Origin: Selaginella moellendorffii
Taxonomy: Eukaryota; Plantae; Lycopodiophyta
Direction of reading: 5' to 3'
DNA: 64,000 nt
Assembly (NCBI RefSeq): GCF_000143415.4
Contig: NW_003314265.1
Span: 2,373,181 to 2,437,180 of the forward strand
The notes beneath the pieces are model-generated. The model was given only the letters and a program-made list of their open reading frames with translations. It was not told where the DNA came from and did not search any database. The translations under genes and the position numbers were made by a program. Shown in pieces: positions 61,351 through 64,000 of this stretch. Positions within the stretch are counted from its first letter, which is position 1. Each line of letters starts with the position of its first letter.

Positions 61351-63634
61351 CTAAATATACCTTTTCCTTATTCTCCCTTTGTGTAAAATCTGGACAGGTA
61401 TAGGATGGATTTTCGCAGATTTTGATAGTGTAGTTCGTACCTTTGAAGACTTAGTCACAATAACAAACTCCTTAGCCACAACACTAATGCAGTTTGTCTT
61501 TGTGATTGTGCACTTCAACTCTTTTGCTAACTTGATCTTCTTTTGTGCACCTTTTGAAATGGAAGACTTGTATTGTACAGCCTTCCCATTCCTAGCTAGT
61601 CGTGTATGCTGGTCTAGTGTTGATATTGGTGGCATAGTAGTACTAACAGCAACATTTGAGGAAGTTTTTAGCTTGAAATCTACTCTCTTTAGACTTTCAA
61701 TTTCTTCTTTCAAAAGATTGTAGCTTTGCTCAACTGGCCACTCCTCTAGCATAGAATCTGGCTTCAAAATAATTGAGCTGTGGATCCAGCTTGTATGAGT
61801 AACATCAATCCCACAACAGTAAATCCAGCTTGACTAGCAGCCCTTCATTCCTAGATCTCGACAGCCCCAGAAACATGGCATTGTTAAAGAACTTGAACCT
61901 GAGCACATAAATGTGAGACACTAACCTCAACTCCCAATCATTCTGGAGCAACGTGCATTGCTCTTGGCACTGACTCTTCGAATTGCCTAGTTGATACGAG
62001 AAACTAGCTCACAAGAAATAACCTTTTCAACCTCTGGCACTGGACTTACTTGTGTAACAACTAACACGTCCTTCACTCCATATTCCTTAGTTCTTTTCCA
62101 GTGTCATGGAACAGAATGGTAGTCAAACTCTGGACGGTGAGAGCTAGGAGTGATGTTTGGCCCATCAAATATCTGTTAACGCTTCATCCGAGCTGTTCTC
62201 ATGTCCCCAAGTGGTTTATAACTTGATTCATAGGAATTCTAGCAACAACTTCCTCCACCATCTTAGACATTAACCTTGTTGTTGGTGTTGTCCTTCTACC
62301 AACCCGCTCTCGAAGCCTGTCTAAGTTCGGACCTGTACTAGCAAACCTTGCTTCCTATACAGCTAAAGCTTTTGATGACTGCTCAAGAGATCTAGTGAGG
62401 TCGGAGAGCATAGCTTCATAAAGGAACACTTTTCCTTTCCCTGCTTCAAAAGCTCTCTGACTCCAATGTTTTCTCTCAGAGAGATTAATTGTTGGTGTAA
62501 GTGCTATGTCATCAAGTGGTTGATCCTAGGAAAAATGCAACATTTGAATGTGACAAGAAAGAAAATGAGAGAAAGCTTACATAGAGAGTATAATAACCCC
62601 ACTAAAACATTCAAACTTCCCACCATATGCTCTATTTCGTTAAAGTGGGATTTATTCAATAAAATGGGACTAGGTACAAATTTTCAAGTATTTGAAAATG
62701 ACGTGAAATTATATGTTTTTTGTCCAGGGGCTAGACATATCTGGGGCATGGTGACTTTATGTCCAGATTGAGTCCATCTGGTTGTATAATAAATCTCATT
62801 GTCAAGGTGAACAAGCCGAATCTGAAGCTAAAGAAGAACGATGGCATGCGCGCACACACTATTTGTTTGTTCATTGAGTGTGTGGTGAGTTTTCCAAGAT
62901 GAACGTCATTCCTATTAGCCAGACATATAACTTAATGGTGAGAACATTTAGATATTATTCAATGTTATCTTTTTCTAACGAATCTAATTGTGAAGGTGTA
63001 GCAAGAGGCATTGCTAGTCTGGAGAAGTCATTTAACTCATTTGACCCTTAGTGTATTTTCATGAAACTAAATAACATTCATATTATTAAGGAATTTCTCT
63101 AGTACCTTTTTTTTACGACATAGAGGCTTGCATTTCTTTCAAAGGTGATTTAGTAAAAGGCCTGAGGGCACATGCCATTCTATTTCTCAGACCGGTATTA
63201 AGATATACTAGTGCAAAGGGAAAAAGGTATTTGGTGATCAAGTAAATGGCATGAGGGCACACGCCATTATAAGCCTAAGCGCTAGTGGACACCTCCTTTT
63301 TGGTACTCTCAGCGGTACTATCATCCTTCTCTGGGTCAGTTGTTTTGCTTTGGATTGTTGTCTCTGATGTTACTGGGGCGTTCTCGATAGTTGTTAATGT
63401 TGCCGTTTGTTCAGAAAAATGATCACCTGGAGTATAGTACGGGGAGTTTGGAAGACTTATATATTCTACATCTTCACCTATCTCCTTCTCCGTCTCCTTT
63501 TCTGCCTCACTTACAGATTTTGTGCTTGCCATGAGAACGCTCTTCACCCTAAAATATGGAGTTCGTTGTGTTATAAAAGGAAACCAACACACACGCTGCA
63601 AGGGAATGATGGTACATAAAGCACGTAAGCCCAC
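61351..63634 (-). mobile_element. Decayed, intron-containing transposase-like gene remnant (possibly a Mutator-related DDE family)
   Basis: Minus strand reads *SIWWEV*MF*WGY |intron gtaagc..tag| DIALTPTINLSERKHWSQ...VFLYEAMLSDLTRS...TGPNLDRLRER, followed by a Cys-rich segment. The N-x-S-E motif resembles the third catalytic acidic residue region of MULE-type transposases. Many stops. Confidence 0.45.
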
Positions 63635-64000
63635 AATATGGGTTTATGTGCCATTAATATGGGCCACACACCAGATTTATGCACGTGTGATTGGTAAATG
63701 CATATGTCACATCATCTTTGTTTTACCTCACACACTATATCAGGCCTAATGAACCATATCACATGTGCGCACATGCTATATATATGGAGAAGTATTATGC
63801 AAGGATAGAAATTCAATGCATGATTGTGGAGAGCAATGGCATGAAGCCACATGCTAAATAACATTTTAGAGAAAGAATTAAAATAAAAACATGCAAACAG
63901 TACTAAGTGGACCAAGACTTAGAAGTGCACAATTGAATGAGGTATTTCTAATAAATACTTCACTCACCTCATATAGGAATGGCTACCACTCTCAAATGGC

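Overview
Land-plant nuclear DNA. The ~45-60 bp introns, very compact genes and a PLS-DYW PPR remnant suggest a lycophyte such as Selaginella; this is an inference, not a database match. Layout: (1) 1-2.5 kb holds the 3' tail of a G-type lectin receptor kinase and a two-exon Pollen Ole e 1-domain/proline-rich wall protein gene. (2) ~3.6-42 kb is a retrotransposon island resolved from TG...CA ends, PBS/PPT and 5-bp TSDs into two nested stacks. The larger stack is D 18330-38482 > C 22605-35315 > B 26480-34710 > solo LTR 31839-33429; the island also holds solo LTRs, a TRIM-like element and a decayed chromovirus pol. (3) 43-60 kb is a dense gene block: PPR-DYW pseudogene, carboxylesterase, TTI1, a head-to-head intronless GC-rich pair (divergent SF3B4-like and N-terminally truncated DGAT1), an MDR/enoyl reductase-like gene, and a head-to-head pair of G-type lectin S-domain kinases (one intact, one pseudogene) sharing a W-box-rich promoter. 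(4) 60.1-61.2 kb repeats window 1-1.2 kb (duplication offset ~60.1 kb) and is followed by a decayed transposase-like region. Most notable: a ~75-95 nt cassette (GGGTGAAAGCCCAAAGCG...G-tract...CCAAAAGTATAGTAGGG) shared in sense orientation by otherwise largely dissimilar LTR families of coding-dead elements, near transition-only decay of LTR pairs, and the paired intronless retrogene-like SF3B4/DGAT1.
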